A DNA stretch of 64,000 nt from an uncultured Methanosarcinales archaeon (GTDB lineage: Archaea; Halobacteriota; Methanosarcinia; Methanosarcinales; Methanosarcinaceae). Both the position numbers and the translations under genes were made by a program. The stretch spans positions 219-64,218 of the forward strand of contig CAZAMM010000004.1 in NCBI GenBank assembly GCA_964486435.1. Reading direction: 5' to 3'. Below are positions 51,454 through 60,947 of the stretch, one piece after another. The notes beneath the pieces are model-generated. The model was given only the letters and a program-made list of their open reading frames with translations. It was not told the DNA's origin and ran no database searches. The stretch's first letter is position 1. Every line of letters begins with the position of its first letter.

Positions 51454-53340
51454 TTACTCCTCAAGTGTGGAAACGTCTCCCGGATCCATGCCAAGCTCCT
51501 TGGCCCGAAGCACACGCCTCATGATCTTACCACTGCGGGTCTTTGGAAGTGAGTCCACGAACTCGATCTCTGAGGGCATGGCAATGGGACCCATGCTCAT
51601 CCTTACATGATAGATCAGTTCCGATCTAAGTTTATCACTGGGAGAATAACCTTTCCGAAGGATGACAAAAGCTTTTATGATCTCACCTTTAAGAGGATCT
51701 GGTTTACCAATGACAGCAGCTTCTGCCACGGCCTCATTGGACACAAGGGCACTTTCCACTTCAGCGCTTCCTATGTTATGGCCTGCAACTATGAGCACAT
51801 CATCAGACCGGCCCAGGATCATGATGTAACCGTCATCATCCTTTACTGCCAGGTCCCCTGCCGAATAGTATTTACCGATAGTGCTCCAGTACTGCCGGTA
51901 ACGCTCATCGTTGTTACGCACAGTCCTCATCATGGAAGGCCAAGGCTCTTTTATAACAAGGAAACCGCCCTTCCCCGGAGGAACAGGCTCTCCATCCTTA
52001 TCCACCACATCGGCAACCACACCTGGCAGAGGCTTTCCCACAAAACCCGGCTTCATGGGCTGTCCGGCCAGAGTGGTGATCATATGCATACCTGTTTCTG
52101 TCTGCCACCATGTATCCACTATGGGACAGCGCTCCTTGCCGATGACACGGTAATACCATTCAAATGCTTCCGGGTTAAGAGGTTCGCCCACAGAGCCCAG
52201 TATCCGAAGCGAGCTCAGATCATACTTCCCAGGCCAGTCTTCACCCATGCGCATGAACATTCTGATAGCTGTAGGTGCCGTGTAGAATATTGTCACATCG
52301 AAATCATCGATGATGTTCCACCAGACCCCAGGGTCCGGATAATCGGGAGTTGATTCAGTGATCAAGAGAGTGCCACCCGCCAACAGCGGACCATATATGA
52401 TGTAACTGTGCCCGGTGATCCATCCTGGGTCAGCAGTACACCAGAAAACATCGTTATCCCTCAGATCGAACACATTCTGGGTAGTATAATATGCACCTAC
52501 CATGTAACCTGCACAGGTATGTACAATACCCTTTGCAGGACCTGTAGTACCACTGGTGTATAGAATGAAAAGCGGGTCTTCTGCATCCATCACTTCAGCT
52601 TCGCACTCTGATATGTCCTTAAGCACTTCATGGTAATCCATCTCTATTTCGGAGTACAGCTCCATAGGAGGTTTCATCCTGCGCAGCACTACAATTTTTT
52701 CTACACTTGGAGCATTCACCACGGCCTCATCGACTATAGCTTTCAGTTCCACGCGCTTTCCACGCCGGATGGTAGCGTCAGCCGTAACAACGATCTTTGC
52801 ATTGGAATCCTTTATACGGGAATTGAGGGCCTGTGTTCCGAAACCTGCGAACACGATGCTGTGCATCGCACCTATGCGGGCACATGCCAGGGTCACGATG
52901 ATCTGCTCTGGCACCAGAGGCATATAGATACATACGGCATCGCCTTTTTTCACACCCAGGGACTTCAGGCCATTGGCAAACCTCATGACCTCTCGATACA
53001 ATTGCCGATAGGTTAGAACTTTTTCCTCTCCGTCGTCACCCACCCATATAATAGCCACCTTGTTCTTTTTACCGTTATGTACATGACGATCAAGACAGTT
53101 CTGGGTGATGTTTAGCTTCGAGTTTACGAACCAGCGTGCATATGGGTGCTCCCACTCGCATACCTTATCCCATTTGTTGATCCATGTAAGTTCTTCAGCT
53201 ACCTTTGCCCAGTAGGCTTCCGGATCTCTCATGAACTCGTTATAGGCCAGATCATAATCCCCCATCCTCATATTTTCCTTAAGAGATGGATCAGGGAAAA
53301 AGGTTTTACCTTCCAGTTTGACATCGAATTTTTCCGTCAT
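51454..53340 (-). CDS. acs: Acetyl-CoA synthetase (AMP-forming)
   Basis: 628-aa ORF with AMP-binding motif YTSGTTGPAKG. The C-terminal PKTRSGKIMRR is typical of Acs. Confidence 0.95.
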   Translation of the reverse strand: MTEKFDVKLEGKTFFPDPSLKENMRMGDYDLAYNEFMRDPEAYWAKVAEELTWINKWDKVCEWEHPYARWFVNSKLNITQNCLDRHVHNGKKNKVAIIWVGDDGEEKVLTYRQLYREVMRFANGLKSLGVKKGDAVCIYMPLVPEQIIVTLACARIGAMHSIVFAGFGTQALNSRIKDSNAKIVVTADATIRRGKRVELKAIVDEAVVNAPSVEKIVVLRRMKPPMELYSEIEMDYHEVLKDISECEAEVMDAEDPLFILYTSGTTGPAKGIVHTCAGYMVGAYYTTQNVFDLRDNDVFWCTADPGWITGHSYIIYGPLLAGGTLLITESTPDYPDPGVWWNIIDDFDVTIFYTAPTAIRMFMRMGEDWPGKYDLSSLRILGSVGEPLNPEAFEWYYRVIGKERCPIVDTWWQTETGMHMITTLAGQPMKPGFVGKPLPGVVADVVDKDGEPVPPGKGGFLVIKEPWPSMMRTVRNNDERYRQYWSTIGKYYSAGDLAVKDDDGYIMILGRSDDVLIVAGHNIGSAEVESALVSNEAVAEAAVIGKPDPLKGEIIKAFVILRKGYSPSDKLRSELIYHVRMSMGPIAMPSEIEFVDSLPKTRSGKIMRRVLRAKELGMDPGDVSTLEE

Positions 53341-53605
53341 GAATTCACCTGGTTCAATGTATATGATATATTAATTGCAACCGCAAACATGGATGCCATT
53401 CCATCTTGCACTAAACCCCAAATGTATCTGAGATAATGTGAAGATTTAAAGACAAGCTGGTAGGAAAAGTGTACCAAGCATCCATAATAATTAATCATTA
53501 ATAAACTAGAAGATAGTATAAATCTTTTGTGGCCACATAATAATAGAATAACTGAGTTAATGTAAACACGAAATTGTTTGAAGTTGAAAATTAAAAGAAA
53601 GATTA

Positions 53606-53623
53606 TCCGAATTATAATTCGGA
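53606..53623 (-). terminator. Perfect 18-nt palindrome followed by a T-rich run, downstream of nac
   Basis: TCCGAATTATAATTCGGA starts 5 nt beyond the nac stop codon. On the minus strand it is followed by ctttcttttaattttc. Confidence 0.35.
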
Positions 53624-53627
53624 AAAG

Positions 53628-53978
53628 TCAGGAAGACAGGCTCAGAATAGCTTCTGCCAGATCGCCATTAGCCTGTTCTAATGCTTTCCTTGCCTCTGAT
53701 TCAGAAACTCCTGTCTGCTCGGCCACAAGCCTCACATCATCATCCGGAATCTCTAGCTTACGTGGAACCTTTTCCGGTGTGCCTACAACTTGATAGGTGT
53801 CAGCTCCCTGGGCGTTCATAATTGTAACATTAGCATCATTGAAAACTATGTCTGCTTCAGGAGTTCTAATAATCACCTGCTCTACATTGGGTATCTCATC
53901 GATACTAATTCCCATCTGCTTCATCATCTGTTTCATCTTAGCAGGGTTCATACCTCTGCCGCCTACTCCGGGAAACAT
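53628..53978 (-). CDS. nac: Nascent polypeptide-associated complex protein (archaeal NAC)
   Basis: 116-aa ORF with NPAKMKQMMKQMGI, a NAC domain and a C-terminal UBA-like ARKALEQANGDLAEAI. Confidence 0.9.
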   Translation of the reverse strand: MFPGVGGRGMNPAKMKQMMKQMGISIDEIPNVEQVIIRTPEADIVFNDANVTIMNAQGADTYQVVGTPEKVPRKLEIPDDDVRLVAEQTGVSESEARKALEQANGDLAEAILSLSS

Positions 53979-54023
53979 GCAACCACCTCAATAAATTTTA
54001 GTAATGATCAAAATAAAAAGAGA

Positions 54024-54356
54024 TTAGTGGCATCCACCGCCACATGGACCGCAGCTGCCGGCTGTCTTTGGATTATCAATGATAAAGCCGCTGCCACTTG
54101 GGCCATCAACGAAATCTATAGTTGCACCAGACAGGCCTTCTTCATCGTTCTTGTTAAGAACTATTTTTATACCCTGAATGTCTACAGTAACATCATCCTC
54201 CCCAAATTCATTGTCAAGGGACATACCGTATTGCACACCACAGCAGCTCATGCCTGCAACGAACACTCTCAGAGCATGATCTGCCTTGTTCTCAGATTCA
54301 AGCAGTGACTTGATCTCTGAAGCCGCTTTTTCTGTTATTTCTACCATGTCTTTCAC
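54024..54356 (-). CDS. HesB/IscA-family iron-sulfur cluster assembly accessory protein
   Basis: 110-aa ORF with LRVFVAGMSCCGVQYGMSLD and a C-terminal FIIDNP...CGPCGGGCH. Confidence 0.75.
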   Translation of the reverse strand: MKDMVEITEKAASEIKSLLESENKADHALRVFVAGMSCCGVQYGMSLDNEFGEDDVTVDIQGIKIVLNKNDEEGLSGATIDFVDGPSGSGFIIDNPKTAGSCGPCGGGCH

Positions 54357-54460
54357 TCTTCATTATTCAATTATTATCAGTACCTACGGACTAAACAGTT
54401 ATACCTTTATATGTAGTTTTGGTATAAAAACTTATTCGTACTATTGCGAACGTTTTTTGA

Positions 54461-55546
54461 TCACATGAACTCTACATCATCATCTACCGGATGAGTGAGC
54501 ACCTCACCAGTATGTGCATTCAATTCTACGGAATTCCGTGGGCCTTTGACCTCCCATATAGGTATATAGACAAGATCTATGTGTAAATTGATATCTTCGA
54601 CAGTAGGTTTGAACCTTTTATGCTCAGAGATAATGGCTTCACCCTTAGTATCATCAAAACGCAGGTCTTTTGTATGTTCATCTATCAGCATACTGAGAAT
54701 TGAATCCTTAGCTTGTGCATGAGTTATTATCTGGGCCTTAAGCTCATAGTTGTCATCAGGAAGTTCCAATACATCACTCACCTCACTGACCACAATGTTG
54801 CTGATGCTGCCGTTCAATGCATTGAGATAACCGACACCCTCACCTGAAATATCGATGATCTTAGACCTATATGTCTTTTCTACCTTAAGAGAATAAGAAT
54901 ACTTCCAGAAAGGAACGAGTTTAAGAGCAACGTCATGCACCGTTTGCACATGAGGTTTACCCATTGCAACTGCACGTTCCCTGGTAAGCTTAAGAGGAGC
55001 AGCCCGAAGTTCCAGATATACAGGATCATCGACATTCTCATGAACTGCAACTTGAGATATGGGAGATGGACATATTTCAGAATTATAAGAAGGAGTTACA
55101 CTTCCCCTGACTGACATGTCTGTACTCCTGAAAACTTCAGACAACGAACGAGTTTCAGATTTCCCACTTAAACTGGAATATATATTGGAATATGCCGAAG
55201 GTGCCTTTACAAGCTCAAGCTCGCTTGCAGTTCCTTCAATATCCGCAAGCACGGCCCTTCCAATGTGCATGGCTACTTCATCTCTTTCCCATATTATAAG
55301 CCCGATGTCTTCCCCATAGAGTTTGATCTCCGGATGTACATCTGTGGTGGAAACATAAAGACCTGCACCCTCCAGCACCTGGTCGGCAAATAATTTAAGA
55401 TCAGACATATCCGGATCTGAGCCAAACTTGATCATAGTCTTATAACCGTCTTTCTCGGCAACTAGATCATATCTGGAAGACTCATTAACATTGTAACCTG
55501 CTGATCTGAAAACGTCCCTCAAGATACGCAAAAGCTCTTGCTTCAT
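54461..55546 (-). CDS. Hypothetical protein, downstream partner of the KaiC-like gene
   Basis: 361-aa ORF with no family recognised. The N-terminal ~100 aa (RYDLVAEKDGYKTMIKF) are loosely reminiscent of a restriction-endonuclease-like fold. Confidence 0.5.
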   Translation of the reverse strand: MKQELLRILRDVFRSAGYNVNESSRYDLVAEKDGYKTMIKFGSDPDMSDLKLFADQVLEGAGLYVSTTDVHPEIKLYGEDIGLIIWERDEVAMHIGRAVLADIEGTASELELVKAPSAYSNIYSSLSGKSETRSLSEVFRSTDMSVRGSVTPSYNSEICPSPISQVAVHENVDDPVYLELRAAPLKLTRERAVAMGKPHVQTVHDVALKLVPFWKYSYSLKVEKTYRSKIIDISGEGVGYLNALNGSISNIVVSEVSDVLELPDDNYELKAQIITHAQAKDSILSMLIDEHTKDLRFDDTKGEAIISEHKRFKPTVEDINLHIDLVYIPIWEVKGPRNSVELNAHTGEVLTHPVDDDVEFM

Positions 55547-55604
55547 AATTTATCGTTGTAATAAGGACAGATGAACTGAAATATGTTTCTATAGCCACTG
55601 CACA

Positions 55605-56369
55605 TCACAGTACCCTCGTTGTTGTTTCAAGTTCTACACCTTTACTTGTAATAACATAAGAAATAGTTCTATTGGGAACGATCATGCCTCGCATTTTTCT
55701 GAGCAGGATAGAATGCTCTACCTCACTTCCACGCTCTTTCATCCTGAACTCAATAACACCATCACATATATGCTTCAAGTTGTTCTCAACGATTGGTTCA
55801 TGCATACCACTAGTCATCAAAATAAGATGAACAGCACCCGTTGCCTTACCCATAGAGGATATGATCTCAATGACATTCAAAACATTATTTAGCTCGTAAG
55901 AGCGCAGAAAATAAGAGATGGAATCAATCACGCCCCTATATTTTACGGTACGAGCCTCGGTCGCTGTACCCTTGAGCAGGTTAAGAGAATCTGTCCCCCT
56001 TTTGAGAAAATCCTTTGCAAATGCATCAGAAACCAGCTGTTTTGGAAGAACATTGTAAAAACGGGGAGAATAAGCATCAATAAAATCAAATTTGCCCTCT
56101 TCCAGATGTTTTCTGATATCCCAGTTAAAATAATCCATGCCTGAAAGTACTTCAGACATAGGATGCTCAGATGAAAAATAGAAAACATCCTCATTATTTA
56201 CGAGCCCACCGTATGCAAACTGATGAGCAAAGACCTCCATACCTGCTCCGGGTTCTGCAAGGAGCAAAATGGTTGTCCCTGGTGGAACACCGCCACCTAA
56301 CTGCACATCAAGACCTGTCACACCAGTGGGAACACGATACCCTCCGGAACCATCAAAACTGTAATCCAT
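55605..56369 (-). CDS. KaiC/RecA-superfamily ATPase-like protein with a degenerate Walker A
   Basis: 254-aa ORF with VPTGVTGLDVQLGGGVPPGTTILLLAEPGAGMEVFAHQFAYGG. Met-Glu occupies the position where GxxGxGK[ST] is expected. It has a Walker-B-like GVIDSIS. Confidence 0.7.
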   Translation of the reverse strand: MDYSFDGSGGYRVPTGVTGLDVQLGGGVPPGTTILLLAEPGAGMEVFAHQFAYGGLVNNEDVFYFSSEHPMSEVLSGMDYFNWDIRKHLEEGKFDFIDAYSPRFYNVLPKQLVSDAFAKDFLKRGTDSLNLLKGTATEARTVKYRGVIDSISYFLRSYELNNVLNVIEIISSMGKATGAVHLILMTSGMHEPIVENNLKHICDGVIEFRMKERGSEVEHSILLRKMRGMIVPNRTISYVITSKGVELETTTRVL

Positions 56370-56477
56370 TAACTCTCACCCACAAGCGATAGATGCAAAT
56401 ATATTAGTGCAAACTGAGATATTACTTCAATACACAACACATATATAACTAATAATATAAAAACATGGTGAAGAAAA

Positions 56478-56840
56478 ATGCTCGATCTAGACAATCTGAA
56501 ATACGAAAATGGCCTGGTCCAGGCCATTGCTCAGGATGCCGAAACTAAAGAAGTCCTCATGTGCGCCTATATGAACAAAGAAGCTCTTCAAAAGACAATT
56601 GAAACCGGATATGCACACTACTGGAGCCGCAGCCGTCAGAAACTCTGGAAGAAAGGAGAAAGTTCAAACCACCTGCAAAAAGTATTGGAAATACGTATAG
56701 ACTGTGATATGGATGCTATCCTGATGCTTATAGTACAAGAAGGAGGAGCATGTCACACCGGATACAGATCATGCTTTTACCGCACAATAGAAGGTGAGGT
56801 AGTAGGAGAAAAAGTTTTCGAGCCTGATGAAGTATATTAG
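56478..56840 (+). CDS. hisI: Phosphoribosyl-AMP cyclohydrolase
   Basis: 120-aa ORF with [24 protein letters not shown] and IDCDMDAIL...[13 protein letters not shown]. Confidence 0.9.
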   Translation: MLDLDNLKYENGLVQAIAQDAETKEVLMCAYMNKEALQKTIETGYAHYWSRSRQKLWKKGESSNHLQKVLEIRIDCDMDAILMLIVQEGGACHTGYRSCFYRTIEGEVVGEKVFEPDEVY

Positions 56841-56886
56841 CCGGCCTGCAATTGGATTATATAGAGAAAATAAGTAATATAGTTCT

Positions 56887-58743
56887 ATGAAGAGAGAGGG
56901 TCAAAAAATAACACGTATCGCCAGTGATACGAGTGCCATAATTGATGGTGCTATATCTTCAAGGATAAAGAGTGGCGATTATGCAGGAGTACAGATTATA
57001 ATTCCTGAAGCAGTAGTTGCCGAGCTTGAAGCTCAGGCTAACCGCGGCCTGGAAATAGGCTACAAAGGATTGGAAGAGCTGCAAGAATTGCGCAGACTTG
57101 CGACCTATGGGATCATTGAACTCGTTTTTTCCGGCAGGCGGCCAAATCTTAATGAAGTGAAACTGGCTGGTGGCGGGGAGATAGATGCACTAATAAGAGA
57201 AACAGCTAAAGAAAATAATGCTTTATTCGTGACTGCTGACAGAGTACAGTCTCAAGTTGCCATAGCAAAGGGATTAGAAGTTGATTTCATTGCTCCCCAC
57301 TTTATTGAGCATCGTCCTCTTAAAATTGAACAGTTCTTCACAGAAGATACGATGTCGGTACACCTGAAAAATGGTGTCATCCCAATGGCTAAGAGAGGAA
57401 GCATAGCTGCAGTGGAATACATAAAGATCAGAGAAGAGCCATGCACTTATGGAGAACTCAAATTCATTTCAAGAGAACTCATTGAGCGGGTGCGTAGTGA
57501 TCCTGCCTCCTTCATGGAGCTGGATTTCAATGGTGCATCGGTGCTTCAGATAGGCAACATGCGAATAGCTATAGCCAACCCTCCATTCTCGGATGAGGTG
57601 GAGATAACAGCTGTCCGCCCAGTGGCAAAAGTATCTCTTGACCAATACCGCCTGAGCACTGTACTTAAAGAGCGTATAAAAGAACAGCGCGGAATTCTTA
57701 TAGCTGGACCCCCGGGAGCTGGAAAGTCCACATTTGCTGCAGGTATTGCCATATACCTGCATGAGATGGGATACGTGGTAAAGACCATGGAAGCTCCGCG
57801 GGACCTGCAGGTACCCAAAGAGATCACACAGTATGCTCCTTTGGATGGAAGTATGGAAAAGACGGCTGATATTCTCCTGCTGGTCAGACCTGACTATACG
57901 ATATATGATGAGGTCAGAAAAACCAACGATTTCCATGTATTTGCAGATATGAGGCTGGCAGGTGTGGGCATGATAGGGGTCGTGCATGCCAACAGAGCTG
58001 TGGACGCCATACAGAGACTTATTGGCCGGGTGGAGCTGGGAGTCATACCCCAGGTAGTAGACACGGTGATCTTCGTCAACAAAGGAGAGATATCTAAAGT
58101 ACAGGTATTGGAATTCACTGTGAAGGTTCCATCCGGAATGACAGAGGCTGACCTTGCAAGACCTGTGATCATAGTGACTGACCTGGAAAGTGGCAGAACC
58201 GAGTATGAGATCTACACTTACGGAGATCAGGTAGTAGTGATGCCGGTTGGCCTTGAAGTTAAGAAACCTTCCTGGAAGCTTGCAGAAGCAGAAGTGAAAG
58301 AAGTAATAGAAAGGTATGCTACCGGACCTGTCCGGGTAGATATGATCTCAGACCATAAGGCTTTCGTACAGGTGCTTGAAAATGACCTGCCCAGAGTCAT
58401 TGGAAAAGGCGGGAACGTGATCGATAATATCGAGAACATACTCGGAATCCACATAGACGTACGCAAGTTCGAATCAGGAGAGGGGGAAGAAAAAACTTCT
58501 GCGAAAGAAAAAACTCTTCAGAAGGATTTCCGACCCATCATCGAGAAAACAAAAAAGCATGTAATACTGAATATCCCTGAGCTTGCAGCCCATGATGTGG
58601 AGGTCTATGCAGGAGATGAGTTCCTTTTCAGTGCTACTGTGGGCCGTCATGGGGATATCAAAGTAAGAGAGGATTCAACTGTTGCAGACAGCATCCTTTC
58701 GGCAGTCGAGGAAGGGGAAATGGTGACCGTCAGGCCGCTATGA
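56887..58743 (+). CDS. PIN-domain / PilT-like ATPase / KH-domain protein (archaeal COG1855-type)
   Basis: 618-aa ORF with an N-terminal PIN (DTSAIIDG...VTADRVQ), Walker A GPPGAGKST and a C-terminal KH-like VIGKGGNVIDNIE. Confidence 0.8.
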   Translation: MKREGQKITRIASDTSAIIDGAISSRIKSGDYAGVQIIIPEAVVAELEAQANRGLEIGYKGLEELQELRRLATYGIIELVFSGRRPNLNEVKLAGGGEIDALIRETAKENNALFVTADRVQSQVAIAKGLEVDFIAPHFIEHRPLKIEQFFTEDTMSVHLKNGVIPMAKRGSIAAVEYIKIREEPCTYGELKFISRELIERVRSDPASFMELDFNGASVLQIGNMRIAIANPPFSDEVEITAVRPVAKVSLDQYRLSTVLKERIKEQRGILIAGPPGAGKSTFAAGIAIYLHEMGYVVKTMEAPRDLQVPKEITQYAPLDGSMEKTADILLLVRPDYTIYDEVRKTNDFHVFADMRLAGVGMIGVVHANRAVDAIQRLIGRVELGVIPQVVDTVIFVNKGEISKVQVLEFTVKVPSGMTEADLARPVIIVTDLESGRTEYEIYTYGDQVVVMPVGLEVKKPSWKLAEAEVKEVIERYATGPVRVDMISDHKAFVQVLENDLPRVIGKGGNVIDNIENILGIHIDVRKFESGEGEEKTSAKEKTLQKDFRPIIEKTKKHVILNIPELAAHDVEVYAGDEFLFSATVGRHGDIKVREDSTVADSILSAVEEGEMVTVRPL

Positions 58744-59048
58744 CCTTTTTTTAGAAACACCTACCCAAAATAAACATTCTGTTTTTGAATATTACAATAC
58801 AAAATCATTACTTAGCAAATAATAAGCTGTAAGCAATATATCAAGCCAAAATTAGAGATTTGTAATAGTTAATAAACGTATATTTGATTTTTGTTTATGT
58901 CTTTTTCCCCTAAATAGTCCCCCAGAGTTCGTGCAGGTTGCAGATAGAATCTGATCTTATGAATAGGAGAAAAGAACGATACAGAGAAAATTCAACGAAA
59001 ATTTCTTTTTCGATGAGTTTAAAAGTAAAAGTCACATATAGGTGCTCG

Positions 59049-59945
59049 ATGGCAGTCACTTTTCGAGAGAAGCTCCAATCTCATAAATTCCTGATCACTA
59101 CGGAAATCACACCTCCAAAAGGTGTTGAAACTTCATCCTTCCTATCAGATGCGGAACAATTAAAGCATTATGTGGATGCTTTTAACGTGACAGATAATCA
59201 AAAAGCTGTCATGCGTATGAGCCCCATAGCTGTTGGAAAATTGTTAAAGGACGCAGGTTATGAAGTGATCTTACAGATCACGTGCAGAGACCGCAATAGA
59301 CTAGCCCTGCAATCGGACCTTCTTGGAGCCTGGGCATTGGGAATACAGAACATATGTGTTATGACAGGAGACCATACAACTAAAGGCGATCATCCCTGTA
59401 CAAAACCTGTATATGACCTTGATTCCGTGCAACTGCTGGATACAGTTCGAAAATTAAAAATGGGATATGATATTTCCGGGAACAGCCTGGAACAATCTCC
59501 TGATTTTGTAGTGGGTGCGGTCTCAAATACGGATCCCACACAATCCATGCAGCATATAAAACTTAGAAAGAAAGTGAGTATGGGCGTGGACTTCATTCAG
59601 ACCCAAGCAGTATACGATGCAGAAGAGTTTGCATGCTTTCTGGAAAAAGTAAGGGACATAGATGTACCTATTATAGCCGGTATCATACCCCTCAGATCTG
59701 CAAAGATGGCCAGGTTCATGAACAAAAACATTCCGGGAATAAGAGTTCCAGATGAACTCATAGCCAGAATGGAATATGCCGAAGAGCCTGTGCAGGAAGG
59801 TATAGAGATAGCTGTGCAGCTTATCCGTGAAATGAAAAACATGTGCAGTGGCATACATTTGATGCCTGTGGGACAACACACCCATAGCAAAGAAATATTA
59901 AAGATGACAGGATTGGCAGAAGGAAGATCACAAAATGAACAATAA
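59049..59945 (+). CDS. metF: Methylenetetrahydrofolate reductase
   Basis: MAVTFREKLQSHKFLITTEITPPKG, NVTDNQ, TCRDRN and CVMTGDH. The start is taken at 59049, after AGGTG; the ORF is open from 58938. Confidence 0.9.
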   Translation: MAVTFREKLQSHKFLITTEITPPKGVETSSFLSDAEQLKHYVDAFNVTDNQKAVMRMSPIAVGKLLKDAGYEVILQITCRDRNRLALQSDLLGAWALGIQNICVMTGDHTTKGDHPCTKPVYDLDSVQLLDTVRKLKMGYDISGNSLEQSPDFVVGAVSNTDPTQSMQHIKLRKKVSMGVDFIQTQAVYDAEEFACFLEKVRDIDVPIIAGIIPLRSAKMARFMNKNIPGIRVPDELIARMEYAEEPVQEGIEIAVQLIREMKNMCSGIHLMPVGQHTHSKEILKMTGLAEGRSQNEQ

Positions 59946-60738
59946 CAAACATGACCCATCATGTGATAACAAACTAATGCAGCTGCTGGCTATCAGAACA
60001 CCTACCATAAGACCTGGTGATGATCTGGTTCGGATACTTATGGAAACCCTTAAAAAACAAGAAACACAGCTGCAAAATGGTGATGTTGTGGTGCTGGCAG
60101 AATCTGCTGTAGCTACTGCTGAAGGAAGAGTTGTAAGGCTAGCTGACATTGAACCAACTGAAGAAGCTTGTGAGCTTGCCCTGAATTACCAGCTCGATCC
60201 AAGGGAAATGCAACTGATAATAGAGGAATGTGATGAAATATTCGGAGGAGTTCCCGGAGCAGCATTGACCATTACCAGGGGTACATTGTCACCTAATGCC
60301 GGGATAGATAGCTCGAATGCTCCGGATGGTTGTGTTGTGCTTTTGCCAGAAGATTCACAGAAAAGTGCTTCTTTGATCCGGGCAGAGCTTGAGAAGGCAT
60401 TTTCATGCCACATCGGCATTATCGTTGGCGACAGCCGCACCCAGCCATTAAGACTAGGGTGTGTAGGCATAGCTCTCGGAACTTCAGGCATAGAACCCGT
60501 GGAAGATGCAAGAGGATCACTTGACATATTCGGCAAGGAACTGACAATAACTCGCAAGGCAGTTGCTGATAACATGGTATCTGCTGCTCAACTGGTGATG
60601 GGGGAGGCAGGGGAGAGCATACCTGCTGTAATTATAAGGGGAGCACCTGTGAGGATGATAGAAGGTTCAATAGACATGCCACTGTTCTCAAGGGAAGAAT
60701 GCATGTATTACAGCAATATAAGCAAAAACAGAAAATGA
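59935..60738 (+). CDS. cofE: CofE-family gamma-glutamyl ligase (F420-0:L-glutamate ligase-like)
   Basis: IRPGDDLVRIL, GDVVVLAESAVATAEGR, NAGIDSSN, GIIVGDS and MGEAGESIPAVIIRG all parallel archaeal CofE. The alternative start MQLLAIRT at 59977 removes the overlap with metF. Confidence 0.8.
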   Translation: MNNNKHDPSCDNKLMQLLAIRTPTIRPGDDLVRILMETLKKQETQLQNGDVVVLAESAVATAEGRVVRLADIEPTEEACELALNYQLDPREMQLIIEECDEIFGGVPGAALTITRGTLSPNAGIDSSNAPDGCVVLLPEDSQKSASLIRAELEKAFSCHIGIIVGDSRTQPLRLGCVGIALGTSGIEPVEDARGSLDIFGKELTITRKAVADNMVSAAQLVMGEAGESIPAVIIRGAPVRMIEGSIDMPLFSREECMYYSNISKNRK

Positions 60739-60947
60739 GTTCTATTAACGTGATTATTTGATGTAAATGATCACCATATATGTACACATATAGGTGTTAA
60801 GTACAAATAGTAAGACAAATACACATCAATATATGTTTGTGCAGCATATATATAGAACATGGCTTTGTGTATATACTATTTGTACAAAATATAAATGCCT
60901 GGAGACGTTTAACTCAGCCTGTGAAACTAATTCACAGGAGAAAAAAA

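Noticed and set aside
51607-52353. 248-aa plus-strand ORF
   Set aside because: It is antisense to acetyl-CoA synthetase. The product is His/Arg/Cys-rich and implausible as a protein.
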